DNA of 64,000 nucleotides. Source: Narcine bancroftii. Its lineage: Eukaryota. The position numbers were made by a program, and so were the translations under genes. Shown here one piece after another: positions 13,186 to 26,445 of this stretch. The notes beneath the pieces were generated by a model. It saw only the letters and a program-made list of their open reading frames with translations. It searched no databases and had not been told where the DNA came from. The stretch's first letter is position 1, and every line of letters begins with the position of its first letter. Location: contig NC_091473.1 of assembly GCF_036971445.1 (NCBI RefSeq), positions 185,008,001 through 185,072,000 of the forward strand, written 5' to 3'.

Positions 13186-14088
13186 TGTCTTGGGTAAACT
13201 TGTACCTCTCACTTTGTTCCTTTTAGATTGGCCACAGTGTTCGAACTACCGAAAGAAAATAGACACACACACCGAGAGCAGTTCAGTTTATACAAGTAAT
13301 TATTATTAAATCTAAAGCTGAATTCACACTACAATATGCAAGCCCTTTCCCATTATACTTATCAACGCCTGGACTGGTACCAACTGCCGAAGCGAGGCAC
13401 ATTTGTAGTGGTTGTTGGGGCGCAGGTACCAGCTTCTCTACCTCCCTCGACCGGACATCAGCTGGACTCTTGAAGTTCTTCTTCTTGCTGAGAGATGTAT
13501 CCACCTCTTCCAGAGTCTCTCTCTTTAGCAGTGGGACCAGGGCTTATATTACCCAAAACTTGTTTACTTCAGAGCTTATCTTTTTGAACAAATGGTTTAT
13601 TATCTTCCTCTTGCTGATAGATGTTGCCACCTCTTGGAGAGTCTCTCGCTTCAGAATGGGATCATGGCTCATATCACCCCAAAAGTTGTTTACCTCAGAT
13701 CCTATCTCTTTGAACAAATAGTTTATTATCTTCCTCTTGCTGAGAGATGTTGCCACCTATTGGAGAGTCTCTCACTTCAGCAGTGGGAGCATGGCTCATA
13801 TCACCCCAAAAGTTGTTTACTTCAAATCCCATATCTTTGAACAAATGGTTTAATTATCTTCAAGGTCTCCTAACAGTCTGCAACCAACAAATGTAAGCTG
13901 CTCTGGGCCTCATAAATGTAAATTAGATAATGTCTTCCTATTCAACTGCATCCTGGGCCCCATGGTGGGTGTTTACTAAATATGCATCCTGGGCTCGTGG
14001 TGGAATATAGATTATGTCTGCTGATTCCAAACAGGTTCTCAGCATTGCAGCTGCAGAAGTAAAAACACAGTGTAATTCTTTCATTACA
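13186..14088 (-). mobile_element. Solo LTR, 903 bp
   Basis: TG...CA termini, perfect 5-bp TSD CCGAG (13181-13185 / 14089-14093), empty site visible in paralogs (~18990, ~51100), related copy at 59103-59810. Confidence 0.88.
13479..13860. repeat. Three tandem 126-bp repeats inside the solo LTR
   Basis: Units start TTC(T/C)TCTTGCTGA at 13479, 13605 and 13731. Confidence 0.92.
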
Positions 14089-14311
14089 CCGAGACCAGGT
14101 CAGTGCCTGGAACAGAAAGTGCTGTGGGGGAGCATGAATGGTTAGACAAAATGTGTTCGACAGCGTCTGTTTCTTTGGGAAGAACTAATTTACCAAATGT
14201 AAGCAAAAATACACGAGGGTGCATAAAGGTCGAAGAACGGGTTTGGAGGTGATATCTCAGGTTTTCATTCGAATTGCAGAGGCGTTTATACGGATACAAA
14301 AGAGTTTTATG

Positions 14312-14363
14312 CATATATAAATATATATATCTATATATATCTATATATATATAGATATATATA
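14312..14363. repeat. (AT)n microsatellite, imperfect
   Basis: ATATAT run with interruptions. Confidence 0.9.
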
Positions 14364-17298
14364 TTAAACTTTGACATACTTTCTGTAACGGCCCATTCTG
14401 TCCTCCAGACCGTGCCGCCCAAGTTACGGGCAATTAAGCTACAACCCCCGTCCCTTGTGAACAGTGGGAAGAAACCGCAGCCCCCGGGAATTACCCGCCC
14501 AGATACTGGCAGAACGTACAGACCGCTGCGGGATTCGAACCCCCGTCCCCTTATCGCTGGCGCTGTAAAGGCGGTTTGCGGACCGGGCCGCCCAACATCG
14601 CTCAGTTGGGAAGAAATTGGGCAGTAAAGAATGTCTCGTTGTTGATCAATATTTAATCGTATTAAAGGGCTCCTGATTAAAAAAAAATATTTTTTTTGTC
14701 AGTAATGCGATGGAAACTGCATCAAAGTAAATGCAGGGACGACGTTAATATGGACACCGATTTTACAAATGGGATTATAAATTGAACAGGACTCAAACGG
14801 ATTAAAATACAGTGAAAATAAAGTGAAATTAAACCATGCGTAAAAGTGCAGAAGAAATTCAACCATCGGGGACTAAAATCTCAATCGGCGAGGCAGCATC
14901 TGTGCGGAGAGTCGAGGCGAGATATGGAGAAGGACAAGAGCAACATAGAACTGAACCCCTCGGAGCCAACACCAGTGTTTACCAGGGATTCCAACCGTGA
15001 CAGATACCGGGTAGTAAATCCTGGCGATGTGGTAAATGGCTGTATAGCCCATGATCCTTGTGAAGCAGCGATCGGCGGTACCGCTGTGGCCTTTAACTCA
15101 CTCTTGGACAAGAGAATCACAGTCCGCTGAGAAATGGAGTCGGTCACGCCTGAAACAACCCACATAGCAAACAATTTGAGAGAGTTATTTTTAATCCGAG
15201 TGCCACCGTGTAACTGATTTGGCCCGTCAGGGGAGAGCATGAATAGTAATTATGAATGTATCAATAGTCATGTTTGTCAAATTTTTCGAAGGAAATTATG
15301 AAAATGTTACTTGTGTGGCTGCGTTCAGTGGCACAAATAAGAAAGCTGGTTCTGTTCAAGATTTCGAGAATCAGATATAACACTTTGGATTCCGCCCATT
15401 TCTAACCTTTCATAATATCTACTCCAGACTGGGCCCCTTGGTAAACGACTGCACGAACATCAGTTCGAAGCAGCTGATACTTAGGTGAATAACCATTCCC
15501 GGGAAACGGGTACACGGAGTTGATGAACTTGTTGGTCGTCCTTGAAAAGAGAAACATGGATTTCAAAGGGATAAATAAATATAATTCATAACCATTTAGG
15601 CAGGAAACTGGAGTGATAAACAAGGGCGGCTGGGTTGTTGTAACAGTTAGCGTCAGGAATTGATTTTAAAAAAATATAATTTTAGAACATGTATAAAAAC
15701 AAATAACAAGACAAAGGAACTTCCCACGCCCTCCCGGGGGACCCCACAGACCCCACAAGCGGAGCACAAAAATCATATATTAGTTAATTACTTACATGCA
15801 CTGTGTGATGTTTCAAATTATAATAAAAATGTTAAAATATTTCTAATCCCATAAATTCCAAATAGGGTGACCAGAGGAGCGACTTTATACAGCGCCAGTG
15901 GTCGGGAACTGTTTCGCATCTCGCGTTGTCTGTTAGGGTTCGTACATTCTCTCCTTGTCTATGAGGGTTTACCCCGGGGTCTCCGGTTTCCTCTCACAGT
16001 TGGCAACATATTCGGTGGCGTATGTTAATTGGGCGACACTAACTCGTGGGCCGAAATGGCTGGTTACCGAAGAAATATGTTACTGACGGTCTGCCCTTGT
16101 TGGAGGGAAATCCCGTCTAGAACACAGCTCCATGTAACAATTCTGACGAATCTGTGGGTTACTAGGGTGATGGCTCCACACTCACGTCACTTCTCACTGA
16201 GTCTCACGCACTTCATGACTCGTCTACTTGCCCCTAATTCTTATATATATATTCACTTGTTATATAAAAATCCCAACTCTGGTTTAGTTCGCAGTGACTC
16301 CCCGTCTGCTTCATATGCTTTCGGTGATATTTCCTCGCTGCTGCTCCCACACTTTCACCTGCTTCCATCCATGAATCCTCGAGGATCTGGTGCGAGAGAC
16401 ATTTGGAACTCTGTGGAGGTGCGCTCTCCACCCCGCTCTGCCCCGTATCTGCAGGTGTCTTTGACTGGCCGCCTGGTGTAATGACCCCCGTCCAAATTGG
16501 GGAAACTCTGATGCTCATTCCGAAGCCTGAGCACGATGTCTCCTGTCCCGCCAAGACCTTAGTCGGGAGTTTCCTTGGTGAAATGTGCGCTGCACTCAAT
16601 TTGGGTTATTTGCTCATTCCTGCTGAATGCAAGGTGCCTCCAATTTCCTTCCGTTCCCCATCCAAAAGAAGGCCAAGTAATGTGGAATAATTTATCAACG
16701 TGTTCCAGCCTTCATGAAATCACACACACATACGAAATAAGAGCATGAGTGGTACATCTGGTTAATCGAGCCTGCTCCATACCACATAAATGCTGGATAG
16801 TTGTCTCTACACTGTAGGTGCAACAAACACTGCGAAGCATGAGCGACCAGGTGATTGTGCCCCAAACTCTTGGTAAAGACGCGATTTAGGACATTAGACT
16901 GTGGGAATCACACTCTTTGACAGCAGTTTCTCAGTACCCGCTTTGGTTTTCCCAGCTGCACAAAATATGAGATTCAGAGCAGAGATAACGGGTGAAATGG
17001 TGAAAGAAGCAACATGAGAGGGAACCACTTCACAAAAAGTGTAGTGGGATTGGGGAACGAGCTGCCAGTTGTAGTGACAATGCTGAGTCAATTTTAACTG
17101 TTAGATAGACTTTAGACCTGTACATGCATGGGAGGTGTATGGAGGGCTATAGACTGGGTGTATGGCAGTGGGACTAGGCAGAATAATTGTGCAGCACATA
17201 CTAGAAAGGTCGAAGGGTCTCTTTCTGTGCTGTAATGTTGTGGTCCTTTGCCTACACGTATGTTTCAACAATGCAATAATTTGGTGCATACTTACATA

Positions 17299-17497
17299 NN
17301 NNNNNNNNNNNNNNNNNNNNNNNNNNNNNNNNNNNNNNNNNNNNNNNNNNNNNNNNNNNNNNNNNNNNNNNNNNNNNNNNNNNNNNNNNNNNNNNNNNNN
17401 NNNNNNNNNNNNNNNNNNNNNNNNNNNNNNNNNNNNNNNNNNNNNNNNNNNNNNNNNNNNNNNNNNNNNNNNNNNNNNNNNNNNNNNNNNNNNNNNN
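17299..17497. other. N-run, 199 nt
   Basis: Run of n. Confidence 0.99.
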
Positions 17498-17793
17498 GCC
17501 ACAGTCGCCCTTGTTCAATAATCCAGTGACTTCCAGCGGCGTAGTCCCCATGGTTAATCACGACAGGCTGAGGGAGGGAGGGAGGGCTGGAGAGAGAGAG
17601 AGAAAAATACATACATACACATCACTTAAACTTCGTTTCTAAATTTAACTGCAGTAAAGTGATAAATGCGGTTGGAATAATGACGTCTGAGTGACACGTG
17701 GCAACAACGGTTTATATTCCTTCAAAATCTGTAGATCATTTGGAAGATTTATTTGAGCAGTAAACAGAAGATTTACATACAACACGATCCCCT

Positions 17794-19883
17794 TCATGTA
17801 AAGAAATATTTCACTGCAACATTCAGCTCCACCCTGAATCCTCTCTGGGACACGTGTAGATACACGTGTAAGTACATGTACTGAGAAATTGAAACATGTA
17901 TGAACATTGCTGCAGAATATATGTCGGGTTATTTCGATATCTATCCGTGTAAAAGTAATCATGAGTTTGCCATTTTGAGTGAAGCACGATATAGTGGATC
18001 GAAACAAAGTACAATTGGCGGGGAGAGAGAGAGAAAACATCAAAACCATTTACTTTCTGCAGTTTCCCGCCTCAGGATCCTTCTCCTTCCCATTTTTGTT
18101 TCGGAGACCCCGACTTATTGTATTTGCCGCGACAAGATGACGGACGGTTTAAAGCAGTAAACAATACAATGAGGCCGATTGACAATAACGATGTGGTGAC
18201 GCTGATGAAGAGCATGTATATTCTCCAGAAGGATGAGGTCGAATATTCAGCTTTGGACTCGCAGCGCCACGGCAAGTGGTCAATGGGGACCAGAGGTTTT
18301 CTGGCGAAGGCGAAGGGAATATACCTCACACAGCCCCATATGTCACAATTACCATCACAAATGTGGCTGTTCGGTCGGTGCAATAACATTCCCGCGGCCT
18401 CACCCCACAAACTGCGATTTAGCGATCGAACGTGAACGCCACTGTCAACAAGACGGAACAGTCCATGGATCCAAACCTCAGGACAGGGTCAGCGTGCAGA
18501 TTGGAGTGTAGAGCAAATACGGAGCATCAATTTAGACGTTATTCACCTTCTCCAGCAACACCCCTATTACTACACACATGAAATCAGCCATCGCCATTCC
18601 GACGAGGTAGTGAGTGAGGCACCGTGACAGGCCACAATTCCTGCGCAATTGCAATCGCAATCACAATCGCAATTAAATTAACTGTAAAGATTGAAAATAA
18701 TTGTCAGTTCAACCGCGCCAACACGGATCATTTTCACTGATATTTGTGCCCAAAAGAGTTGTCAGTTCTCCGTCCCTCTGTCGGATGAGGATGGATGACG
18801 ATCATAGAGTGGGAACGCAGCAGACCCGGCCTCTCCAACCCTTTCTCTTTCCCTTTTCCCCTACCACCCCCCCCCCCCCCCACTTCACCCAATCCCCCGA
18901 TGGATGACAACCGCGGACCGGAGTTCGATCTGAGAGCGGTTTAGATCGGAGACTCTGGATTCCTTGTCGGTGAAGGGCCGATCACCTCAGTCATCGAGAC
19001 CAGGTGTGTGACTGGAACGGAAAGTGCTTGGGGAGTATGAATGGGGAGACTAAAATGTGCTTCGACAGCGTCTGTTTCTTTGGGAAGAAGGTATTTATCA
19101 AATGGAAACAAAAATACACAAACCTGCATCAATGTCGATTGGAGGTGGGAACTCAGGATCTCCTTCCAATTGCTGGGGCGTTTATACGGATACAAGAGTG
19201 ATTTATGTATTTTAAAAATATTTAGACATACTTGCTGTAACATCTCATTCTGTCCTCCAGTCCGTGCCGCCCAATGTATGGGCAATTAACCTACATCCCT
19301 GTTCGGTTTGAACAGTGGAAAGCAACCGGAGTCTCCGCAAAAAACCCGCCCAGACAGCGCGGGGTACGAACCCCCGTCCCCCTATCGCTAGCATTGTAAA
19401 GGCGGTGCGCGTCGCGGGCCGCCCAATATCTTTCAGTGGGGCGGAAACTGGGCAGTAAAGATTGTCAAGTCGTTTAAAATATTGATATTGATTGTATCAA
19501 AGAGCTCCTGTATATAAACAAAGGTGTCAGTAATGCGATGGAAACTGCATCAAAGTAAATGTGGGAAAGATTTTAATATGGGCACCGATTTGACCGATGT
19601 GATTATAAAAATGAACAGGCCCCCAAAACAGATTAAATACAGTCACACTTAAGAGAAATCAAACAATGCATAAAAGTGCAGAGGAAACTGAATTATTGGG
19701 GTTTAAAGTCTCAGCCCCCGAGGCAGCATCTGTGCGGGGTGTCCAGGCGAGTTGTGGACAAGGACAAAAGCAACTTAGAACCGAACCCCTCCGAGCCAAC
19801 ACCAGTGTCTTACAAGGGATTCCAACCGCGAGATGGACACGGTGGAAAATCCTGGCGATATGGCCAATGGCTGGATAGCCCAT
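17794..19883 (-). pseudogene. GPCR copy D pseudogene (exon 1 19814..19883; exon 2 17794..18681)
   Basis: Exon 1 MGYPAIGHIARIFHRVHLAVGIP; exon 2 has TAA at 18532-18534 and several frameshifts (fragments CVRYIPFAF...SSFWRIY and HSKWQTHDYFYTDRY fall in different frames). Confidence 0.92.
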
Positions 19884-21555
19884 GATCCTGGTGAAGCAGC
19901 GATCGGCGGTAACGATGAGGCGTTTAACCTACTTTTATACAAGACACGTAAAGTCCGCCTTGACCAGGAGTTCGTCACGACAGAAACACTGACTGAACAA
20001 CAATTTGAGAGATTTATTTTTAATCCGACTACAGCCATGTAGCTGAATTCGCGCAACAGGGAAATAAATAGAAATGCTTGTAATGTTCCTCGAAGGGAAT
20101 TATAAAAAATCTGCTGGTGTGGCGAGCGTTCAGTGGAACCAATAAGAAAGTTGGTTCGGTTCAACTTTATCCTCGATTACCACAATCAGGTTTAACCCTT
20201 TAGATTCCGGCCATTTCTAACCTTTCATAATTTCTACTACGGACTGGGCCACTGGGTAAACGATAGCATGAACAATAGTTCGAAGCAGCAGATGCTTTGG
20301 TGAATAACCTGTCCCGGAAAACGGGGTCGCGGAGTAGATGAGCTTGAATTCATGATTCGAAACGGGACCAGGATTCGAAACTCGTGCTGTCTGTCAGGAT
20401 TTGTACGTTCTTCCCGTGTTTGCGTTGGTTTTCCCCGGGGACTCTGATTTCCTCCCACCGTTCGCAAAATAGCGGGGACATACGTTAATTAGTCACCACG
20501 GAATCGTGGGCCGAAATGGCCGGTTACCGGGGCAATGTGTCACTGACGCTTCGCCCACGTTGGTGGGAAATCCCATGTCTTGAACTCAGCTCCCTGTAAC
20601 AATTCTGACCAATCTGTGGTTTACTCGGGTCACGGATCCACATTCACGTCACTTCTCATTAAGTCTCACCGCATTCACGCCTTGTCCACTTTCCCTAACT
20701 TCTCATATATCTATTCACCTATTATATAAGAAATTCCACCTCTGATTTAGTTCTCAGTGACTTCCCGACTGCATCAGATGCTTTCGGCGACATTTCCTCG
20801 CCGCTGCTCCTACACTTACACCTGGTTCAATCCATGAATCCTCGAGGAGCTGCTGCGAGGGACATTTTAAACTCTGCGGACGGGAGCTGTCCACCACGCT
20901 CTGCACATAACTGCAGGTGCCTTTGACTGGCCGCCAGCTCTAATGTCCCCCGCCCAAACAGTGGAGTAACCGATGCTCATTCCGATTCTGTCCCACCAAG
21001 GCCTTTGTCAGGAGTTTCCTTGGTGAAATGTGGGCCGCACCCAATTTGGGGTATTTGCTTATTCTTGTTGACTGCAGTTTGTCTCCACATACCTTCCCTC
21101 CCCTATCCCAAACAAGATCAAAGAACGTGCAATATTTTATCAATGTGTTCCAGCCTTCATGAAATTACAAACACATACGAAATAAAAGCATGAGTGGGAC
21201 ATCTGGTTCATCGAGCCTTTTCCAAAACACATAAATGCTGGAGGAAGGTCTCAGGAAACATTCGCAATATATATAGAAACACAAATGGACGCTGCGAGAC
21301 CGGCCGGGTTCCTCCAGCATCTCTGTATGTTTTCACCACAGTCTTCTTGGTTTCTTCGTCGCTGTTTATGATCCTGCAGACAACCGTGGCGTCGTCGGCA
21401 AATTTGCAGCTTGCATTTGAATCGCACCTGGTCACAAGTCATGGATGTAGAGCGAGTGGAGGAGTGGACTCTACACGGTAGGTGCAACAAACACGTCGAA
21501 ACGGGAGAGACGAGGCGATTGTGCCTGAACGCTTGTTAAAGACGGCATTTATGAC

Positions 21556-22870
21556 TGTTTGATATTGATCAACTTCCGCTATGGGCGAAGGTGGAGATGG
21601 ATCAAATAGAAGAAAGAACTGTACATCATTTTATATATAAATGGAATCCATAGCTTTTACAACAGTATAAACTGCCAGTGTTGAAATAGTTGATGGGGCT
21701 ATGGGAGAACTGGAATCAACTGATAGGATAGAGAGGTAAAATTACAGTTAAGACACCGATATATCAGAATCAGACCATTTCACTTTCTTTGAATAATCCT
21801 TATTTGAAAGTTTGGGAATCAAAAGTAAAAATATTAGTGGAGGATTGCTTTGAAGTATGTTTGTTTCTTTCGTTTAATTGACAGAGAGAAATTTGGTATA
21901 TTACAAAACACTTTATTCGCTTATTATTCAGTACGAAATCGGTTATTGGAAAGCTACCGTGGAGAGTTAATATTACCTGGTCAAAAGAAAATTGAGAAAT
22001 TAATTGTTGATAAAGGTAAAAAGGGATTTATTTCAGAAATGTACTTGTTATTACAGGAAAAGATGAAAAGTTAGATATATATTAAATAAAGGATAAATGA
22101 GAAAAGGACCTATCTATTCCAACCTCTGTGGACAAGTGGTCAGATATGTGCCTGGATTGCGTTCCAAAATTAATTAGTCGACGATATAGTTAGTTAATTA
22201 TATTTTTTCATAAGTTATATTTAACTCCTGTAAAATTGAAAAAATATGGATTTAGAGTGTCAGATTTATGTTTTCGGTGGGGTGATCAGACAGGTACTTT
22301 TTTACATTCAGTGTGGGAATATACAAAGGTGAAGACTTTTTTGGGGAAAAGTAATTACATTTTTGCGAGATTTATTCAAAGTAGATTTATATGTTGATCC
22401 ATGGGTATGTTGAGTGGGATATATGAACACAATTACGACAAATATACGTTTGGGGAAACCTCAAATTGCATTTATATGCCTAGGATTGGCGTTGGCGAGA
22501 AGATGTTTAGCTGAAACTTGCAACAATGATGTTGAATTGAGTATATAAAGTTAGCATAATGAAACTCAGTCATGTATTTATTTGGAAAGATAACGTATAA
22601 TTTACGGAATAATTAATCTTTTTTGTTAAAATGTGGGGTTTATACTTGAAATGTATGGGTTTCGATGTTAGGTAAAAGTTTTATAAGTGATGAGAGATGT
22701 AAATGGATGGCACACCGTACAACAACCTGTTATAACATGATATTATTGTGTTTTTCTTTAAAAATGCACCTAGGTGGGGGATGGTTGTAGAGGGTGGGAT
22801 AGGTCGGTGGGGGAGGGAAGGAGGGAAGTAAGATTTTGTAAAACATTTAAATAAAATTTCAAAATAAATA
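21556..22870 (+). mobile_element. 5'-truncated L1 of a second subfamily (ORF2 C-terminal region and 3' UTR)
   Basis: KGKKGFISEMYLLLQ, LYLTPVKLKK, decayed C-terminal cysteine region, G-rich tract and A-rich tail; TSD core ATTTATGAC at 21547 and 22875; empty site at ~11255, ~16885, ~53505. Confidence 0.85.
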
Positions 22871-23228
22871 CTCAATTTATGACATTAGTCTGTGGAAATC
22901 ATTCTCTTTAACAGCAGTTTCTCACTTTCCGCTTTAGTTTTCCCAGTTTCACGAAATATGAGATTCAGCGCAGAGGACACGTGTGACAGGGTGAAAGAAA
23001 AAACATGAGGGGGAAATTCTTCACACAGAGTGTAGTGGGAGTGTGGGACTAGCTTCCAGCTGTAGTGGAAAATGAAGAGTCCGTTTTAAAATTTAGACAG
23101 ACTTTTGACAGGTACATGTATGGGAGGGGTATGGAGGGCTATGGACTGTGTGCAGTTCAGTGGGACTAGGCAGAATAATAATTCAGCACAGTCTAGAAGC
23201 GCTGAACGGCCTGTTTCTGTGCTGTAAT

Positions 23229-23377
23229 NNNNNNNNNNNNNNNNNNNNNNNNNNNNNNNNNNNNNNNNNNNNNNNNNNNNNNNNNNNNNNNNNNNNNNNN
23301 NNNNNNNNNNNNNNNNNNNNNNNNNNNNNNNNNNNNNNNNNNNNNNNNNNNNNNNNNNNNNNNNNNNNNNNNNNNNN
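23229..23377. other. N-run, 149 nt
   Basis: Run of n. Confidence 0.99.
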
Positions 23378-24040
23378 AATTCTGAGTTGTGTATTGGCCT
23401 ATGTGTTGTGTGGTTTTATGTAAAAAATTGACAGTTTTCCTGAGAGAGCCAAGGTGAAGATGAACTGTTGAGAGTGTGGGTGACGGACTGAGCACGTGCA
23501 GAAAATGATCTAAACATTTCTGGACATGGACGATAAAACACAACTTGGGGCGATGTGGAGTGGAAGGAGGCATTTCATAAGGAAATGAACATTCCGAAGG
23601 CAGCTAGAAGGATCCGAACCAGATCATCGATTCCTCTCTCTGCAAGCAACACAAGACAACTTCGAATGTTGTGTTCTCTCTCTCAAAGAACATTGAGCTT
23701 CAGTTTACCAATCAAACTGAATTTAGTAAATGATATTTGCTTCAGTTGAGATCGAGGTTTTGTGAATCTTGTGTGTTTTGTGTTTATTTTGTGTCTATGT
23801 ATTTCTGTGGGCTGGTTGGAAATATAACCTAGACTTTAAAACCATATGTCATATTTAGGCTGGGATATTTATTAGTTTTTACACCGTTATAAAAATTTGC
23901 ATAGTACCCAGTGGGCATTGATATAAAAGAGGGGATTTTGAATAAAAGTTTCAAGTTGAATTTCTTATTAATTAAATAATTATTAATCTTTACCCCTGTG
24001 TGATATGGCTTCTTTGTGGTTGCTGTTTGATCTTGTAACA
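23378..24040 (+). mobile_element. Probable solo LTR (Gypsy-like), 5' end hidden in the gap
   Basis: Absent from the other repeat units; TATAAAA at ~23922, AATAAA at 23941, ends TGTAACA at 24040; TSD cannot be checked. Confidence 0.5.
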
Positions 24041-24049
24041 ACATGTACT

Positions 24050-24052
24050 CAC

Positions 24053-24133
<81 letters not shown>
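24050..24133. repeat. (CA)n microsatellite, ~42 units
   Basis: Near-perfect CA run. Confidence 0.97.
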
Positions 24134-24134
<1 letters not shown>

Positions 24135-24465
24135 TAATTTTCTGTGACCTCAATAGTCACAGTCGTCCTTGTTCAACACTCCAGTGTCTACCAACGGCGT
24201 AGTACCCATGGTCAATCACGTTCGACTGAAGAAGGAAGGGAGGAAGGGAGGGTTCGAAAAAGATAGAGAGATAAAAAATACATACATACACATCAACGGA
24301 ACTTCGTTTGCAAACTTAAGTCCAATAACGTGACTAAATGAGCTTGAAATAGTTATGTATGTGTCCCACATGACAACATCGGCTTATATTCCTTCAAAAT
24401 CTACAGATCAATTGAAAGATTTATTTGAGCACTAAATGGAGGATTCACATACAACGCCATCCCCT

Positions 24466-25343
24466 TCATGTAAAGAGATGTTTCACAACCATCTTCAGCT
24501 CCTCCCTGAATCTCCTTTGGGACAAGGTGTAGATACAGGTGTTGGTGCAGGTACTGAGAAATTGCAACATGTATGCACATTGCTGTAGAATATATGTCGG
24601 GTTATTTAGATATCTGTCAGTGTAAAAATAATTTTGAGTTTGCCATTTTGAGTTGAACATGACATAGGGGATCCACAACAAAATAAAATTGGCGGAGAGA
24701 AAGTACAACAAATTCATTGACTTTCTGCGGTTTACCGCCTCCAAATCCGTCTCCTTCACAATGTTTTTCCGGATACCCCGACGTATTTCATTTGCCGCGA
24801 CGATATGACGGACGGTTAAAGCGTTGAACAATACAATGAGGCCAATTGGCACTAAAGGTGTGGTGACGCTGATGAAGACTGTATATATTCTCCAGAAGGA
24901 TGAGGTCGAATATTCAGCTTTGGTAACGCAGTGCCAAGGCAAGTGGTCAATGAGGACCAAAGGTTTTATTGCGAAGGCGAAGGGAACGTACCTCATACAG
25001 CCCAATATTGTCACAATTACCATCACGACCGTGGCCGTTCGCTTGGTGCAATACCGTTCCCGAAATCTCACACCACAAATTGCGACATAGCGATCGAACG
25101 TGAAAGCCACCGTCAACCAGACGGAACAGTCCATGGCTCCCAACCTCAGGACAAGGGTCAGCGTGCAGATTGGAGTGAAGAGCAAATACGGAGCAAAAAT
25201 ATATATGTTATTAACTTGCTCCAGCAAAACCCCGGTGACCACACACATTAAATCAGCGATCGCCATTCCGATGAGGTAGTGAGTTATGCACCGTGACAGA
25301 CCACAATTCCTCCGCCACAGAATCACAATCGCAATTGAATTAA
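24466..25343 (-). CDS. GPR139/GPR142-like class A orphan GPCR, copy E (intact), coding exon 2
   Basis: TTTACAG acceptor, phase 1; open frame with N1.50 (VNSIAIVIL), MAIAD (TM2), C3.25, TFDRYVAIC (TM3), ECL2 Cys, PLVP (TM5), FILLWIP (TM6), NTCIY (TM7) and helix 8 RRFREEL; TGA stop shared with paralogs D and G. Confidence 0.93.
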
Positions 25344-25753
25344 CTGTAAATGCACAAAAAACTAGTTAGTTCAACCGTGCGAACCCGGATCCTTTTCACT
25401 TTATTTGTGTGCCCGAAAACGTTGTCATTTCTCCGACATCCCGTCGGACGAGGATGGTTGAGGATCAGAGTATGGGACTGCAACACACCCCACACTCACC
25501 GAAAGTGCTGAGGGGAGGCTGAATGGTGAGACAAAACGTGTTCTCAGTGCGTCTGTTCCTTTGGGAACAACGAATTTACCAAATGGAAACAAAGATACAC
25601 GAAGCTGCATAAAGGTCGAAGAACGGAATTGGAGGTGAGATCTCAGGTTCATCTTCGAATTATAGAGGTGCTAATACGGATACATGAGAGTTTTATGTAT
25701 TTTTAAAAGCAAATAAACATAATTGCTGCAAGTGGCCATTTTGTCCTGCAGGC

Positions 25754-25955
25754 CGTGCCGCTGAATTTACGGGCAATTAACTTACAACCCCGATGCGTTC
25801 TGAACAGTCGAAATAAACCTGAGCCCCGGGAAAAACCCGCCCAGACACGGGGAGAACATACAGACAGCGCGGGATTCGAACCCCCCGGCCGCTATCGCTG
25901 GCTCTGTAAAAGCAGTGCGCGGACCGATCCGCCCTATATCGCTCTGATGGGCGGA
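25754..25955 (-). mobile_element. V-SINE in the GPCR intron (sense to the gene)
   Basis: B-box GGTTCGAATCCC and V-domain GTTCTCCCCGTGTCTGGGCGGG; paralogous copies at ~8565-8765, 14410-14612, 19262-19443, 50640-50830(+), 55440-55625(+). Confidence 0.8.
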
Positions 25956-26319
25956 AATTAGGCAGTAAATATCGTCTTGCTGTTGATAAATATTTGATCG
26001 TTATCAAAGGGCACCTGGATATAAAAATAAATTGTCAGTAATGCGATGGAAACTGCATCAAAGTAAATGTGGGAACGATGTTAATATGTACACCAATTTT
26101 ACCGCTGTGATTGTAAATATGAACAGGACCCAAACCGAATAAAATACAATTAAAATTAAGAGAAATTGGACAATGCGTAAACCTGCAGAAGAAACTCAAC
26201 CATCATGGAATAAAGTCAGAACCCACGAGGCAGCATCTGTGCTGGGTGTCCTGGCGAGATGTGGACAAGGGCAAGAGCAACTTAAACCGAACCACCCGGA
26301 TCCAACCCCAGTATCTTAC

Positions 26320-26389
26320 CAGGGATTCCAACCGCGACAAGTAGCGGGTAGTAAATCCTGGTTATATGGTAAATGGCTGGATAGCCCAT
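26320..26389 (-). CDS. GPR139/GPR142-like GPCR copy E, coding exon 1 (MGYPAIYHITRIYYPLLVAVGIP); spliced product 315 aa
   Basis: GTCATGG start context, 70 nt ending G|GTAAGA; joins exon 2 in frame across a 976-bp GT-AG intron and completes TM1 (GIPVN). Confidence 0.9.
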
Positions 26390-26439
26390 GACCCTTGTGA
26401 AGCAGCGATCGGCGGTACTGCTGAGGTATTTCACCTACT

Positions 26440-26445
26440 CTTATA
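26440..26445 (-). promoter_or_regulatory. Candidate TATA box (TATAAG) ~50 nt upstream of the copy E start codon
   Basis: TATAA at the same position in copies A, D, E and G; spacing fits a short 5' UTR; no transcript evidence. Confidence 0.3.

Larger units (their letters stand above)
12009..15052 (-). pseudogene. GPCR copy C pseudogene (exon 1 14983..15052; exon 2 12009..12875)
   Basis: Near full-length exon 2 with AMDCSVWLTVAFTFDRYIAIC, but TAA at 12750-12752, TAG at 12552-12554, a deletion in ICL1 and a frameshift in ICL3; solo LTR in the intron. Confidence 0.92.

Noticed and set aside
13233-13260. Possible V(D)J recombination signal (CACAGTG, 12-bp spacer, AAAGAAAAT)
   Set aside because: Nonamer matches only 5 of 9, the heptamer is not kept in the second LTR copy, and there are no Ig or TCR segments nearby
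13479-13860. CRISPR-like reading of the regular repeats
   Set aside because: Contiguous 126-bp tandem units without unique spacers, inside an LTR, in eukaryotic DNA with no cas genes
23829-24202. ORFs with CVCVCV or THTHTH runs
   Set aside because: Translation of the (CA)n microsatellite
24466-25326. Single-exon 286-aa gene starting at the GTG in the ORF track
   Set aside because: It lacks most of TM1; a canonical acceptor 17 nt upstream and an in-phase exon 1 give a complete 7TM protein
25754-25955. tRNA genes suggested by GGTTCGAATCCC B-box motifs
   Set aside because: They are SINE heads followed by the V-domain body; no cloverleaf can be formed
24466-26389. Assigning the symbol GPR139
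   Set aside because: Family resemblance only; the multi-copy context and divergent motifs argue against 1:1 orthology, and no phylogeny could be run
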